Source: Felis catus
Lineage: Eukaryota
Assembly: GCF_018350175.1 (NCBI RefSeq)
Contig: NC_058382.1
Location: 50,470,001-50,534,000, forward strand
Length of the DNA stretch: 64,000 nt
Direction: 5' to 3'
The stretch's first letter is position 1. Every line of letters begins with the position of its first letter. The notes under the pieces were generated by a model that worked only from the letters and a program-made list of their open reading frames with translations, was not told where the DNA came from and ran no database searches. The translations under genes and the position numbers were made by a program. Shown here piece by piece: positions 1-12,479 of this stretch.

Positions 1-130
1 ACATAGAATCTGAAGTAGGCTTCAGGCTCTGTCGGCACAGAGCCCGACGCGGGGCTCCAACTCACAGACTGTGAGATCATGACCTGTGCCAAAGTCGGAC
101 AGTCAACCGACTGAGCCACCCAGGCGCCCC
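1..130 (-). mobile_element. CAN-SINE (SINEC_Fc type), cut by window edge
   Basis: Ends ...ctgagccacccaggcgcccc, the reverse complement of the SINEC 5' end. Confidence 0.9.
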
Positions 131-144
131 TGTTATTATTAGTT

Positions 145-210
145 TTTTAAAAAAATGTTTATTAATTTATTTTGAGAGAAGGAGAGAAAGCAAGCACATG
201 ATCAGGAGAG

Positions 211-260
<50 letters not shown>

Positions 261-387
261 CCCAAGCAGGCTTTGTGCTGTCAGTGCAGAGCCTGATGTA
301 GGGCTCCATCTGACAAACTGAGAGATCCATGACCTGAGCTGAAATCAAGAGTCGGATGCCTCACCGACCAAGCCACCCAGGTACCCC
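145..387 (-). mobile_element. CAN-SINE with (GA)n tract
   Basis: tRNA-derived head, CT tract and A tail. TSD ttattattagtt at 133-144 and 388-399. Confidence 0.92.
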
Positions 388-1680
388 TTATTATTAGTTG
401 TATATAAGAATAACTTTAGAAGATTTTATTGCCAGATAAACATACCATAGATCATGGGGATATGTGTATGCTCATTGCAAAACATAATAACACCATGTAA
501 TCACCACTCAGGCCAACAACTGGAAGTTTACCAAACACCAGAAGCCTCCCTGATCCATTTTCCATACCCCATATTCTTTCCCCCATAAATGAAATAAACG
601 CACCTTCTCTTATTTTAATCCCATTTTAGGCTAAAAATAGAACAGTATTGATTCTCAGTTTATAATGGCAAAAACAAATGAGCAGTAAATATATGCCCTC
701 AAGAGTGATTGCACTGGAGAGGCATTTCACATCTGAAACATCGATTTGAATCTGCATAATTGATTGAAAATTGCAGTTAAACACGCTTTTTTGGGTCACA
801 CGTACACCTGAATACTGATAATGCTTCAAAAGTGACTGTCCTTCTGGTAAACACACACCCACACGTGCACCCCCTGTAGAGATAACACACTCATTTGTAT
901 GCGCAGATGCACACGTTGTCTTTTGCACAGTGTACGAAAGCCGTTTGGTAGTTACTCCTGGTTGGGCACAATCAGAACTTCCTTCATCACTCTGTGGATT
1001 GTGTGTCTCTTTATGTCTACACTCCTTAATACTTGAATTACCACCAGATCGACAGTGTCAGTACTTAAGCCAATCAATAGACATGCAGGAACTGTGGGCC
1101 AGTTATCAAGTCTGTCTTAAGAGTCAGCTAAAGAATTTCAGGTGTGCAGGAAGAAAAAGTGTGCTTTAAATGAAAATGAGACAGTCTTAAAAAGTAAAAT
1201 GCCATCTCAGGCAAATTCTTCTGAAAGGCATGCCAATGTTAAGTTGGCAAATTTTTACTTATCTCTTATATTTGAGACATTTGGCTTTAAAGAAAAAACA
1301 CATTTCAAATAGGACCGCAGAAAAATATTGTAGTTTGAATGCTTTAGCAATGAAACTACCAACGACTGTTTTTTTTTTAAACTGTTCAGGCAGAATAAGC
1401 TTTATAAAATTTCAGATGAATTTAGATAATCCCTAGCTTAATTTAATTTAAATTAAATTATTGGTAAATAATTGGGACAATAACCCTGCCTGATTTTTAA
1501 TTACCAGTTGTGTTAAATCCTAAATATGAGACAAATATTTTTTCTGATTAAAGTAAAAACTGACAACAACTTGATAATTGTATAAAATAAAAGACAAATA
1601 TGTAAAGGTTGCATGGAATGAAGAATTACCTGAATAAAATAAAACATATATTACAACATGGTCTCCATGAGATTATTCTT

Positions 1681-1807
1681 TTTTTTCATATATAATTTAT
1701 TGTCAGATTGGTTTCCATACAACACCCAGTGCTCATCCCAACAGGTGCCCTCCTCAATGCCCATCACCCACTTTCCCCTCTCCCCCACCCCCCATGAGCC
1801 CTCAGTT
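1681..1807 (-). mobile_element. Extremely 5'-truncated young L1 (L1_Fc 3' UTR end)
   Basis: gtttccatacaacacccagtgctcatccc motif. 17-bp TSD tccatgagattattctt at 1664-1680 and 1808-1824. Confidence 0.92.
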
Positions 1808-1959
1808 TCCATGAGATTATTCTTATACTTTCCCTCTCTCTTCATGCCTTAGTTTTAATTTTATATGTGATACACATTAACAAGATAGATGATAGGTATA
1901 TACTTTGTATATATCCGTATGTGCATGTGTATTGATATATACATGCATGTATGTATACA

Positions 1960-3300
1960 CACATACACATCGCCTTCCTCTGGAAGTAACCATTGTCCTG
2001 AGTTTTATGTTTTTCATTTCTTTGTTTTTTTAAAATTATATATATTCTTAAACAACGTATTACTTAGCTTTGCTTAGTTTTAAGATTCTCAAAACTATCA
2101 GACCTGTTTTGTTTCTTTTTTTTAATTTTTTTTTCAACGTTTATTTATTTTTGGGACAGAGAGAGACAGAGCATGAACGGGGGAGGGGCAGAGAGAGAGG
2201 GAGACACAGAATCGGAAACAGGCTCCAGGCTCTGAGCCATCAGCCCAGAGCCTGACGCGGGGCTCGAACTCACGGACCGCGAGATCGTGACCTGGCTGAA
2301 GTCGGACGCTTAACCGACTGCGCCACCCAGGCGCCCCAAGACCTGTTTTGTTTCTAAGATCCAACCATTATCTTCGGTGTGCATTGATGTAGTTCCTTTG
2401 TACTGCTATATGTGTTTCCATTGTGAAGAGTACTGTGATTTATTGATCTGTTCTGTGGTCATTGGATGTTTGGGTTGTCAACGATTTTTTCCTATTATGA
2501 GCAATGTTGCCGGAAATTGCACATCTCCTGGAGTACGAATGCACGAGTTTCTCTAGGTCAGTGATTCGCAACTTTTCTCTTTTCAATGGACAGAGAAGAT
2601 GCTGGTATTTGTATTACATCGTTGGGTAGGAAGGCAAACTCCTTGAGACCAGTGTTTCGTCATGGGGACGTTCTCCCCAGGAGGACATCCATGTCAATGG
2701 AATTGGAGGAACATCGGGGTACAGAAAAGTTCAAATGCAAGAGCTAGTGACAAATTATGTTTTTAAAATAGGTGCTCAGATTTACACTCCCACCTGTTGG
2801 AACTTCTCTTGGCCCACAGTCTCTGGATGATTTGGTAGTGTCAGAATTCTAAAATCTTGCGAATATACTATCTGTAAAATAGCATCTCATCGTAGTCTTG
2901 ATTTACACTTCTTTTTACTGATGAGTTTGAACATCGGTTTATATACATTCTGTTATGTGAGCTCTCTGGTCTTGCCTTGTGCCATTTTTCCAAGGGTTTT
3001 TTCGAACCAATTTAAAGGTAGTTTTTGTCTTTATTTTATTTTGTTTCCCTTAATTTTGAATACTAATCACATGCTGTTTTGCATGTACTTTCCACGTGTG
3101 ATTTTTTTTTACGCATCTTTTAGCAACCATGATTTCTTGATTTTAATATAGTTTTATTTATAAATCTTTCCTTACATACATTTACTTGTAAATTTGTATA
3201 CTGATTAGGTATTTTTGTTTCTTGCTTAGGTAAATCTTTTCTATCTCAAGATATTATATTATTTTACAATTTCTACAAAATTTTTCTTCATATTCTCTTG
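1960..3300 (-). mobile_element. Degraded ancient L1 (L1ME/L1MC-like) 3' fragments, interrupted by a SINE
   Basis: Diverged motifs such as ggatgtttgggttg, tttacactcccacc and catctcatcgtagtcttgatttac. Boundaries approximate. Confidence 0.55.
2117..2337 (-). mobile_element. Very young feline SINE (SINEC_Fc)
   Basis: CpGs retained. 17-bp perfect TSD agacctgttttgtttct at 2100-2116 and 2339-2355. Confidence 0.96.
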
Positions 3301-3462
3301 TCTTTAAGTTTTGTTTTTTCTTTTCTTATTGAACTTATTAGGCCTCCAGGAGAAAATTGCATATAAGCAGTGGGCATATTGTTAGAGATCCTAGTATTTT
3401 TTGTTTTGTTTGTTTGTTTGTTTGACCTATGGAATCCAAGAAAGTTGTCAGCACTGTACTAA

Positions 3463-3636
<174 letters not shown>

Positions 3637-4523
3637 TGAATCTCCCTAATTTTCCATTCTCTTTTAATGAACTCATTATAAGTGACCTATTGTAAAAGGA
3701 AGTACATGTCTCCGTAAGCAAATGGCTGAAACTCACAAGTATATGACGTATGGGACTGGTTCTGGGATGGCAAAGGGTCACATCCTATTTTAAAGCCCGT
3801 GTCATCATTTCAGCACCCAAAGAACTGAAATCCTTCAGTATGGTGAGCTTTTATATTTATCTTATGACGTAAACGTTTCTAAAACAAGATCTAATCATTA
3901 TGTATATAGTAGCCATGAAAAATCTAATTGACCCCCTATTTCAAGTTAAACAGGAAGCTTGTGAGAAGAAGTAATTTTCAAAGACGCTAGTTATTTAAAA
4001 ATAAGGAGCCCTCAGTTTGCGCAATTCTCAGTGTAGATGGCATGATTCTCTCTCCTGTGGAAGAATGGGAACTTAATAAGTTTCATGCTCCTCTAGGAAT
4101 ATGCAGTTCATATTGTTGACAGTCTCATAGGTAGGTTGTGTTTGATCGCTTGAATATGTTTAAGGGAAAGCGCAGATAATTAAAAGGCAACTTGCCGTTG
4201 AACTAAGAGAGAATTTCAAAACTCTCTGCACTTAGAGACAGCATCATCATGGCCCCTTTCCATAATACGTGAAGGCAAAAGCCATCTGCACTCACATTCT
4301 ATAGAAAGAGGCTTGGCAGTTCTAACACAGAAAACGTTTTTAGCAACCATGGAAAAAATAGACACCGACATCATATATTATTGAAACCGTGATTTGCTCA
4401 TTTATTATCCCCTTCTTGCATGCCATATGTCAGCCACTTCTTTTCATTTTTCTCCTTGATGTTATCCTCGGTGCTGTTGTAGTGTTTCAGCACGATGCAC
4501 ATTGGATGTAACACATAGATCAA

Positions 4524-4525
<2 letters not shown>

Positions 4526-4564
<39 letters not shown>
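4526..4564. repeat. (TG)n microsatellite
   Basis: Seen directly. Confidence 0.97.
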
Positions 4565-4565
<1 letters not shown>

Positions 4566-5849
4566 TGTGTCTGTGTTTTGCCATCTGGTACACATGATAA
4601 ATATCTAACACCTTAGCATGACTTAATAAATTTAAGTTTATTTTAAAATGTCATCTCATATTATTTGCGACAGTCACCTTTGGGTGTATCTGAGTGTGAA
4701 AGCATCAATGGAGAGTAAGAACGGAGATCCTTGATCAAATAGAGAATTTGTGGGGCCTTGGATATATTTGTGTAGATACTGCTTGTCCGTTCCTTTTATT
4801 TGCCTTAGAGTGAGGGTTATTGGATTCTCTCTCCTTATTCGCAATTCTGAATCCTTTCCTGACCACAGGCAAGTGAGCTCTCCTAGCCCCTCTGCAGACC
4901 AGTCCAACTCTTGAACCTGTGCTTCTCCAAGCAGGAATGCTGACATCACAGCACTGATCTTGCAGTGAGGTCTCTCTCTTATACTCCTTTCCAAAGTAAG
5001 GCAGGGTATAACATTTACCACTGCTCTATTTGAGAAATAGGAGCTTTCTTAGGATTTGGCCCATGGAAGGATACAAAATTTAATTTAACTATCTTTATTT
5101 CATTTGCTGAGATTCAATAAATCACACAAAATGTATATAAGTTATGAATTGGATCAAATCGTATTTCTCATTAATTTATAGACTCGTCAGAAGTCTCCAC
5201 CAGTGAGACTCATTTTCATTCTTAATTCGTTTCTCTGGCTCTTGGTGAACCACAGTATCAAACTTCATGAATCTCATTTGCATGTTAATGAAATGGAGAA
5301 ACAAAACAGGATCATTTTAATTATCTTTTGCTGGTTGTCAACCTACTTGATTACATTTTTTTCTTTTTTATTTAGTTTTTCTTTTTTCTTCCCTCTTAAT
5401 TACATCAAGTGTTCACAAAGGAATGTCAGCTCTTGAGTGATTTATTAAAGGCTATATATTATTTCTACTATCAACATTCCTTGTAGTATATTTAGATCAG
5501 GCTGTGGAAGGGTGTTTAACCAAGTCAGCAGATCACATGTAAATAAACTGAATCAACAAATAAAGGCCTAGGTCTCCCAGAAACACGGATAGAGTGACCT
5601 CTTTCCTGTGGAATCTAGAAAATTGAGAGCCAAAGAACAAACAAGCAAGAAACAAAGAATCAAGCTTATCCAGCGGCTGTTCTCCATCCATGAGATAAAT
5701 GCCATGGGTAACTGTGAAAATAACTAGACCCCGGGGCGGGAGAAGAAGACCAGAAAAAGATACTGTTGAACATAATGAGTCTCTCAGGAGGGACAAAGAA
5801 AAATGAACATTTTCGGAGGTATATTAAGTTAATTTTGCCACTTGAGTGC

Positions 5850-6344
5850 TGTTGTGGGTTGAGTTGTGTCCTCCAAAAGGATACATTCAAATTCTAACCC
5901 TGATACCTATGAATATGACTTTATTTGGATCTAGAGTCTCTGCAGTGTGATCAAGTTGAGGTCATATCGGTTTAGGTTATTGTGGATTAGGGTGAGCTCC
6001 AGATCAGGCCTTGTAAAGAGAATGAGATTTGGAGACACACAGAGACAGAAGAGACGGAGAGAGAGAGAAGAAGGCCATGTAGAAATGGAACATGTAGAAA
6101 TGGAAGCAAAAGTTGGAATGATGGGGTTTCAAACTAAGAAATGTCTGTATCGCCAGCAACTTCTAGAAGCTAGGAGGAGGCAGGGAAGGAGTCTTTTCTA
6201 AAGCTTACAAGGGGAGGAGCATGGCCCCGCCAACACCTTGATTTTGGATGTCCAGCCTCCCAAACTGTGAGAGAATAAGTTCTGTTGTTTTAAGCTGCCC
6301 AGTTAGTGATATTTAGTTAAAGCAGTGCTGGGAAGCTGGTAAGA
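5850..6344 (+). mobile_element. MaLR solo LTR (MLT1C-like)
   Basis: Starts tgttgtgggttgagttgtgtcc. Contains ccaacaccttgattttgga...cagcctcc..aactgtgagagaataa..ttctgttgttttaagc. Internal 15-bp tandem duplication at 6076-6105. Confidence 0.85.
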
Positions 6345-6999
6345 GTGCCCCTGAGGAAAGGACTTCTCCGTACTTGTTCGTACTGGGAGGATGCCTCCAA
6401 GTTTGAATCTGAAAGATCTCATAGCTCAGAGGAATAATCCAGATGTAAGGGTAAACAACACAGATGAACAAAAACCCATCCCTGCTAATACTGGCTACGT
6501 ACTAGAATGAAATCTCTCTCTGCCATTATATGCCGCCATATTGCTGCAGCTTCCATGTAGTTTGAATGATGATTGGCAGCTAAAGTTAACTAGTGTCCAT
6601 GTCAAGTTCAGACAGGCTCTAGCGTGCCATTTGATAGTCCAAGTGTGTTCTTACGACGGAATATAATGAGGCCACAGATGCAGAACTGTCCCTCAGGCTG
6701 CAGTGTAATCCAAATGAAAGTTTTAGTTTTGATGTACTCGAGAAACCTAGGAAATGGGTTACTGCCAACTGATATACTTATGTACACATGTAAAATCATA
6801 AAGCAGTAAATAAAACTATCATACTTACGTGTATTTATAGGTATGAGTGTAGATATACATATGTACCTGTGTTTATTTATATAGCAGATTGCTCCCATAA
6901 CTGAAAAATTCTGCAAGTTTTCTGTCATCTATTCTGTAAGGTCGGAATATATCCTATTTTCCTAAAAGTTGAATGTTTGTCTCTGTTTTCCCATTGTCT

Positions 7000-7002
7000 A
7001 TT

Positions 7003-7060
<58 letters not shown>

Positions 7061-7267
7061 TAAAAATTTTAAATGTTTATTTTGTGTGTGTGAGAGAGAC
7101 AGCACGAGTCGGGGAGAGGCAGAGAGAGAGGGAGACCTAGAATCTGAAGCAGGCTCCAGGCTCGGAGCTGCCGGCACAGAGCACGACATGGGGCTCAAAC
7201 CCAGGAACTGAGATCATGACCTGAGCTGAAGTCAGATGCTTAACTGACTGAGCCACCCAGGGACCCC
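7000..7267 (-). mobile_element. CAN-SINE with (TTTC)n-expanded tail
   Basis: SINEC body. ccattgtct repeated at 6991-6999 and 7269-7277. Confidence 0.92.
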
Positions 7268-8339
7268 TCCATTGTCTGTTTTTCTTCACTGCAGCTAAAC
7301 CCTTCCACTCTAAATGCCTGCCGAGCAATGTTTTCCCCATGCCCATAGAATTTGCTGTTAACATCAAGCATCTATCTGTAGAGAAATTAGCATATTTGGC
7401 TAATTGACAGAGAGAACTCCCATTTTCAGATGTACTCCTAATGAGAATAATTATGACATTCTATGCAGAATTATTTGGTGATTCTTACTGCCCTAAATCA
7501 TTGTGCTTCTTCACATACAACTATGATGCCTAAATTAAAACCCAAAAGATAAATCCCCAAGGTATGCATGCTACATGTCAGTGCTTAAGAGGACAGATGA
7601 GGTGAATGTTTCCTGCTGTTAAACATAGTGCAGAAAATCTTTTATAATTATCACATTTTCAAACGATAGCATTAATATACTTAATAACCAATACTTTCTT
7701 CATGAGGAAAAGAATAAGAGATGGGTTTTGCACAGCACCAAAAAAAAAAACCTCAAGCCTAAAGAAAGGGTACCCTCATTGGTACAGTGGGTGTGGGTCA
7801 GGAATGTGCATAGAGGTCCCTAGGACCAGAGATGGTGTGGGCAAGCTTCCTGACTGAGAAGAATATGGATTTGGTGCATATGGGATGGCCTTTTATTGTA
7901 GTTTGTTCGAGAAGAAAAGATATTACCAGCTTGTTTGCTTCTATATCACCTGCTTTCCCATTATCCCAGAATCTGAGGTGCCCGAGTAAGCCCATGGTCC
8001 CTGAACAATTATCTGAATTGCAAGGGGCATGCATGTCCGTGTTGATTCAGGCAGTGAATACATGCCTTCTTACCAGCTCTGCCCAATTCTTCTGTCTCAT
8101 GCCGTAATTTATCTCCAGGACTAGGAGATGTACAGTTCTTAACACTGAGATGAGAGCACTGAAACCCGACTAGATCCCTGAAGAGTCAGATCCCTGAGAA
8201 TTACCCCTGTAGTCACAGAACATGAGCTTCCCCAGCACGCTTGAACCTCAGCTAACCTACTCTCCTACTCACTCCAGTGGATCATAAAATTTTAGGTGGA
8301 AAGCAGACACTTCTGTATTAGACATCTCTGAGACCAATT

Positions 8340-8460
8340 CACCATTCTTGGGTTTAAATGACTACTACTTCTTACTTAAGGACGGGAAAAGTATTTAACC
8401 ACTGTGCTTTAATTTCCTAATTTTCTACTAGAAGAATAGGGATAGTACTGAAATGGTTTT
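8340..8460 (+). mobile_element. MIR fragment
   Basis: Core-like aagtatttaaccactgtgctttaatttcct...gggatagta. Confidence 0.45.
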
Positions 8461-9912
8461 GGCTTTATTGATAGCATTGAAATGGTATTGGCTCTATCGA
8501 AAATGATCTTGGCTCTGGTATGGCGATAAGAAAAGCACAGTCCCAAGAGAACGCTAAACTGTTCAGAGTGTGCCCTGCCAGTTAACCACATTTTAGCAGA
8601 CCTCATGGGACCAAATATATAAATTACAAGGATAATCTCGGGGAATTCAGGCTTCCATATAATCTGGTAGTAAGTGTTGGGTTTTTTTCCTGATTAATTA
8701 TAAAGCAAAACAAAAGCTATGTTTTATATGTTCAGTATTAGCTTGAAGTATGTTCTATATCGTAGTCCAGGTTTGTGAACTAGGGCGATCTGATGCCTTT
8801 ATGTAAAATATTTTACTTTTTTAGCAATTGGAAATTGGTTTATGCAGTTACACAGGAACTTCCAAGGAGATTAACATTTTGGAAAAGGTTTGGAAAATGA
8901 AGGTCTAGATCAATTTTATGGTCCGTAGTGTGTGATTCATGCTTATAGATTATATTTTTGTGTGCTGGCCTTGAGAAGGTAGAAAAAAAATGAGTAAAGA
9001 TTTACATCTTATTTCTCCATATACCTATATCCTGTGTTCATTAAAAGAGGAGAGAATTTGCTATCATTTCTGTGATTAATATAGAATCACTTCTACTCTT
9101 CTATTGATTCACTTGACTTAACACCAGAGGTGCTTGTCTGCTTGGTCGCTTGGCCCTCTCTTCACTTTGGATATCGCCCTCCTTTCTGGGCTCCTTTCCT
9201 TCTCAAGTCTCTTGCCAAAGTCTTGGTCATCCCTCTAACTTACCTTTATTGTCTTTGTCTGCCCTGTAGCGCACTTTTTTCAGCTCTAAATCAACCTGAT
9301 AATGTAACCTGAGTGAATGTGCCAAGTAGCCAACCCTAAGCAATTTACAGTGATAGAAAATCTGGTTTTAGAAACATGAAAACTAGATCGTCATCCTAAA
9401 TTGCAAGTTGCCTTAAGGAAATGAAATTACCTCTTCTTTTCTCCTTTCCTATAAAAGTATGGGGTTGAATTTGAGGATCTCTAAATTCTATGACAATTCT
9501 ATGGCACTCTTTTCATTTCTAATACTATATAGGCAATACCTTTTCTTTCTAACTCACTCTGGTAATGGAGAGAGTGAGTAGTGATATTGATGGCCCTTCA
9601 AGAAGAAGGTAAGTAGAGTCCCTGAAGGCAGATTGTTCTTCTAATTCCACTCAAACTAGGAGACACAGAATGTTCCTGGCTTAGGAAATGTCTTAAGTTG
9701 CCATAGGATCTAGGAATTCAAGTCATAAATGTGATCCTACTGAAATTGATACCATGGCTCAAATTTGGCCAATTAAAATGCATTCATGAGATTTACAATT
9801 ATCATTAATATTTAACATATTTCTTTGTGTATATCTAACATTTTTCACAGGGCTGAGTAGGGAAATTTCACATACAGGTACGGAGAAAAACGTGAGCTAA
9901 GTAATCAGGTGG

Positions 9913-10130
9913 TGTGTTAGGTTGGATTCTCTCAGAAGCACACTCTGGGTGATGACTGAGGTGCCAGTGGTTTGTTAGGGGGTAGCTCCCGGGAGAAAAC
10001 AGTGAGGGAGTGGAGGAAGCAGGGTGAGGAAGGGGAAGAAGCCAGTCAGTTTCAAGTGAAGTTCCACACGCTGCCTGATCCCCCAGGAAACTCTGGATGG
10101 TAAAATCGTACCTAAGATTTTGTCCTACTT
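9913..10130 (-). mobile_element. ERVL-class LTR fragment (LTR16-like)
   Basis: ttaggttggattctctcagaagcacactctg...agggagtggaggaagcaggg resembles the LTR16 terminus as recalled. Confidence 0.55.
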
Positions 10131-10190
10131 CATGGTAAAGAAACCGAGCCGAACAAGACGGCTGGGTGTGTGATCAGTTTAGAAAAGTTC

Positions 10191-10564
10191 GTGTCTGAGC
10201 TTGGGCCACGGTAACAAAATACCATAGACTGGAGGTCTTAAACGATAGACATTTCTTTCTTGCAGTTCTAGAGGCTGGGAAGTCTGAGATCAAGACGTTG
10301 GCAGATTCAGTTCCTGGAGAGAGCCTACCTTAGCTGTGGACAGCCACCTTCTTGCTGTGTGCTCACAGGGCCTTTCCTTGATGCGTCTGTGTGGAGAGAG
10401 CCATCTCTGTCTTCCTCTTCTTGAAAGGGTACTAATCCCATCATGAGGGTCCCACTCTCAAGGCCTAATGTAAACCCGAATACCTCAAAAAGGCACCAAA
10501 TACCATCACTTGGGGGTTAGGGCTTCAACTATGAATTTTGGGGAGACACATTCAGTCTGTAACA
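10191..10564 (-). mobile_element. MaLR solo LTR (MLT1A-like)
   Basis: taacaaaataccatagactgg...gttctagaggctgggaagtctgagatcaag...tatgaattttggggagacacattcagtctgtaaca. Confidence 0.88.
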
Positions 10565-10739
10565 GCTGCATTTTTGAAACTAGTAAACCAACCAGAAAGT
10601 ATTAACTGCTTGAAGACAGCTGATAAAAACCCAAGATAGCCAGGCCTTCAGGGGCAAAGATCCTGGAGAGAAAGAAAATACCATATAGTGAGCCTGATAT
10701 TTTCTGCAACACATAACAGGGGTTCAAAATATATAAAGA

Positions 10740-11890
10740 AAAATGGACAGAAATGATAGAAGAAATAGACAATATAAATTGAAACATAAAACATAGGAAG
10801 GGGTTTTTAATCTCTCTCTCTCTGTATTTTATCGAGGAAGTGGGCAAAAAAAAGTAGTGAAAATACAGAAGATTTTAACAGCGAAGTGAACAAATTTGAC
10901 AAAATACATAAATAAGTAGTAATTATATTTATTTAATGGGCAGGATGCATTAAACTCTGCCCCCAACAACTATAGAATATACATTCTTAGGCAGTGTACC
11001 TTTGAATATTTACTTAAACTTATTCTGGGCCATAAAAAATTGTTTGAATAAATCTCAGAGGATTTAAATCAGACAGAATAAATACTGTGGATACAGTTGA
11101 ATTAAACTAGAAATCAATAATTAGGAAATACTAAAAAACCTAGAAAGGTGTGGACTTTAATTAGTATGCTTTCCAAAAAGAAATCTCAGCAGAAGTTAGG
11201 AAACATTTTAATTCAATGATAACAAAAGGCTATCGGGTCAAAATTGAGACGCAGCTAGGTCCAAACTGATAGCTTGACTTGCACAAATTACACAAGACAG
11301 AAGTCTAAATATTAATGATCCATTTATTGCCTAGTTCTTCAACTTCTCAAGAAATGCTTAAGAAACAGCAGATTAAACCAAAATAAGGAAAAGGAAAGGA
11401 AAAAAAGAAAAGTGCATTAGTTAATGAAATAAAGACGTAGAATACCACCAATAAGACAAAAATACAGCAAGAGGACACTTTAACAAACGTTCTGCTAATG
11501 ATGGTGAAAATTTAAATGGATTTAAAAAAATGATTTGAAAACACAACCTGAAAAGTCGTACCCAAGAAATAAAACAGAAAATTTAAATATCCCTCTGTCT
11601 GTTAAAGATAGTGAATCCATAATTCACACGCTCCAGTGGAGAAAACTCCAGGCTAAAATGCCTTCATACGTGAATTCTCCAAGATACTTTTAAGGAAGAT
11701 AAAACTCTAATCTTACACGTTCTCTTCCAGAGGACGGAAAAAAAAAAAGTCAAAATACTTCCCAACTCCTTCTGTGAGGCCAGCATAACCTTGATACCAA
11801 ACCCCGTCAAGGACAAACAAGAAAGGAAAATTAAAAGCCACTCTCTCTCATGAATATAAATGCAAAATACTGCAAACAGAATGTTAGCAT
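10740..11890 (+). mobile_element. Old L1 (L1M) ORF2 fragment, endonuclease to pre-RT region
   Basis: A-rich. Contains attaaactagaaatcaataa, tgaggccagcataaccttgataccaaa and catgaatataaatgcaaaa. No intact frame. Confidence 0.8.
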
Positions 11891-12479
11891 ATATTTGTGG
11901 AGGGGTCTGGGACTCAGCCTCAGAATGAGAATGCACCGTCTTGGCTGGAAGGCACGCGGGCTCTGCTAGCAGGTGGGTTGTATAACCAAACTGGAGCTTT
12001 CTAGTCTGCTACCGTGCAGAAGAATCCGGAGCATCTTCTCGACGAGAGGAAGCGTGAAGGTAGCTAGCCGTAGAAAACCATCTTTTTTTTGTATACACTC
12101 ATTTTAGAGACTATTGTAATTAAAGATGTGCTGTAATCTATTGGCTGCCTCTTGGGTGACACGTCCCCTCAGCCACACCTCTTTCTCTGGCCAGCATGGT
12201 AAGGAGCAAGTCCAACTCCCGACAGGTGCAAGAGGGCCTGGTCCGAGATTGTACCGCTTACCTGTAGCTTCCTGCCCATGGCTCCCTGGATGCTCCCAGC
12301 GAATCCACCGGGCATTAAAATCCTGGCAGCGGAGTATGGGGAGTACTGTCTGCCTGTGAGGCTAATCTTGACCAACAGAGGACAAAAACTGATGGAGAAA
12401 ATCTTCCCCGCTTGGTCCTCAGGGTGGAAAGTTCTGAGATGCATCACAATGAGACTAACTTCTCATTTTATTCATGCAT

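Noticed and set aside
3210..3235. ttag|gtaaat recursive-site-like motif
   Set aside because: Lies in a decayed L1 fragment only 260 bp before the real acceptor; weak donor.
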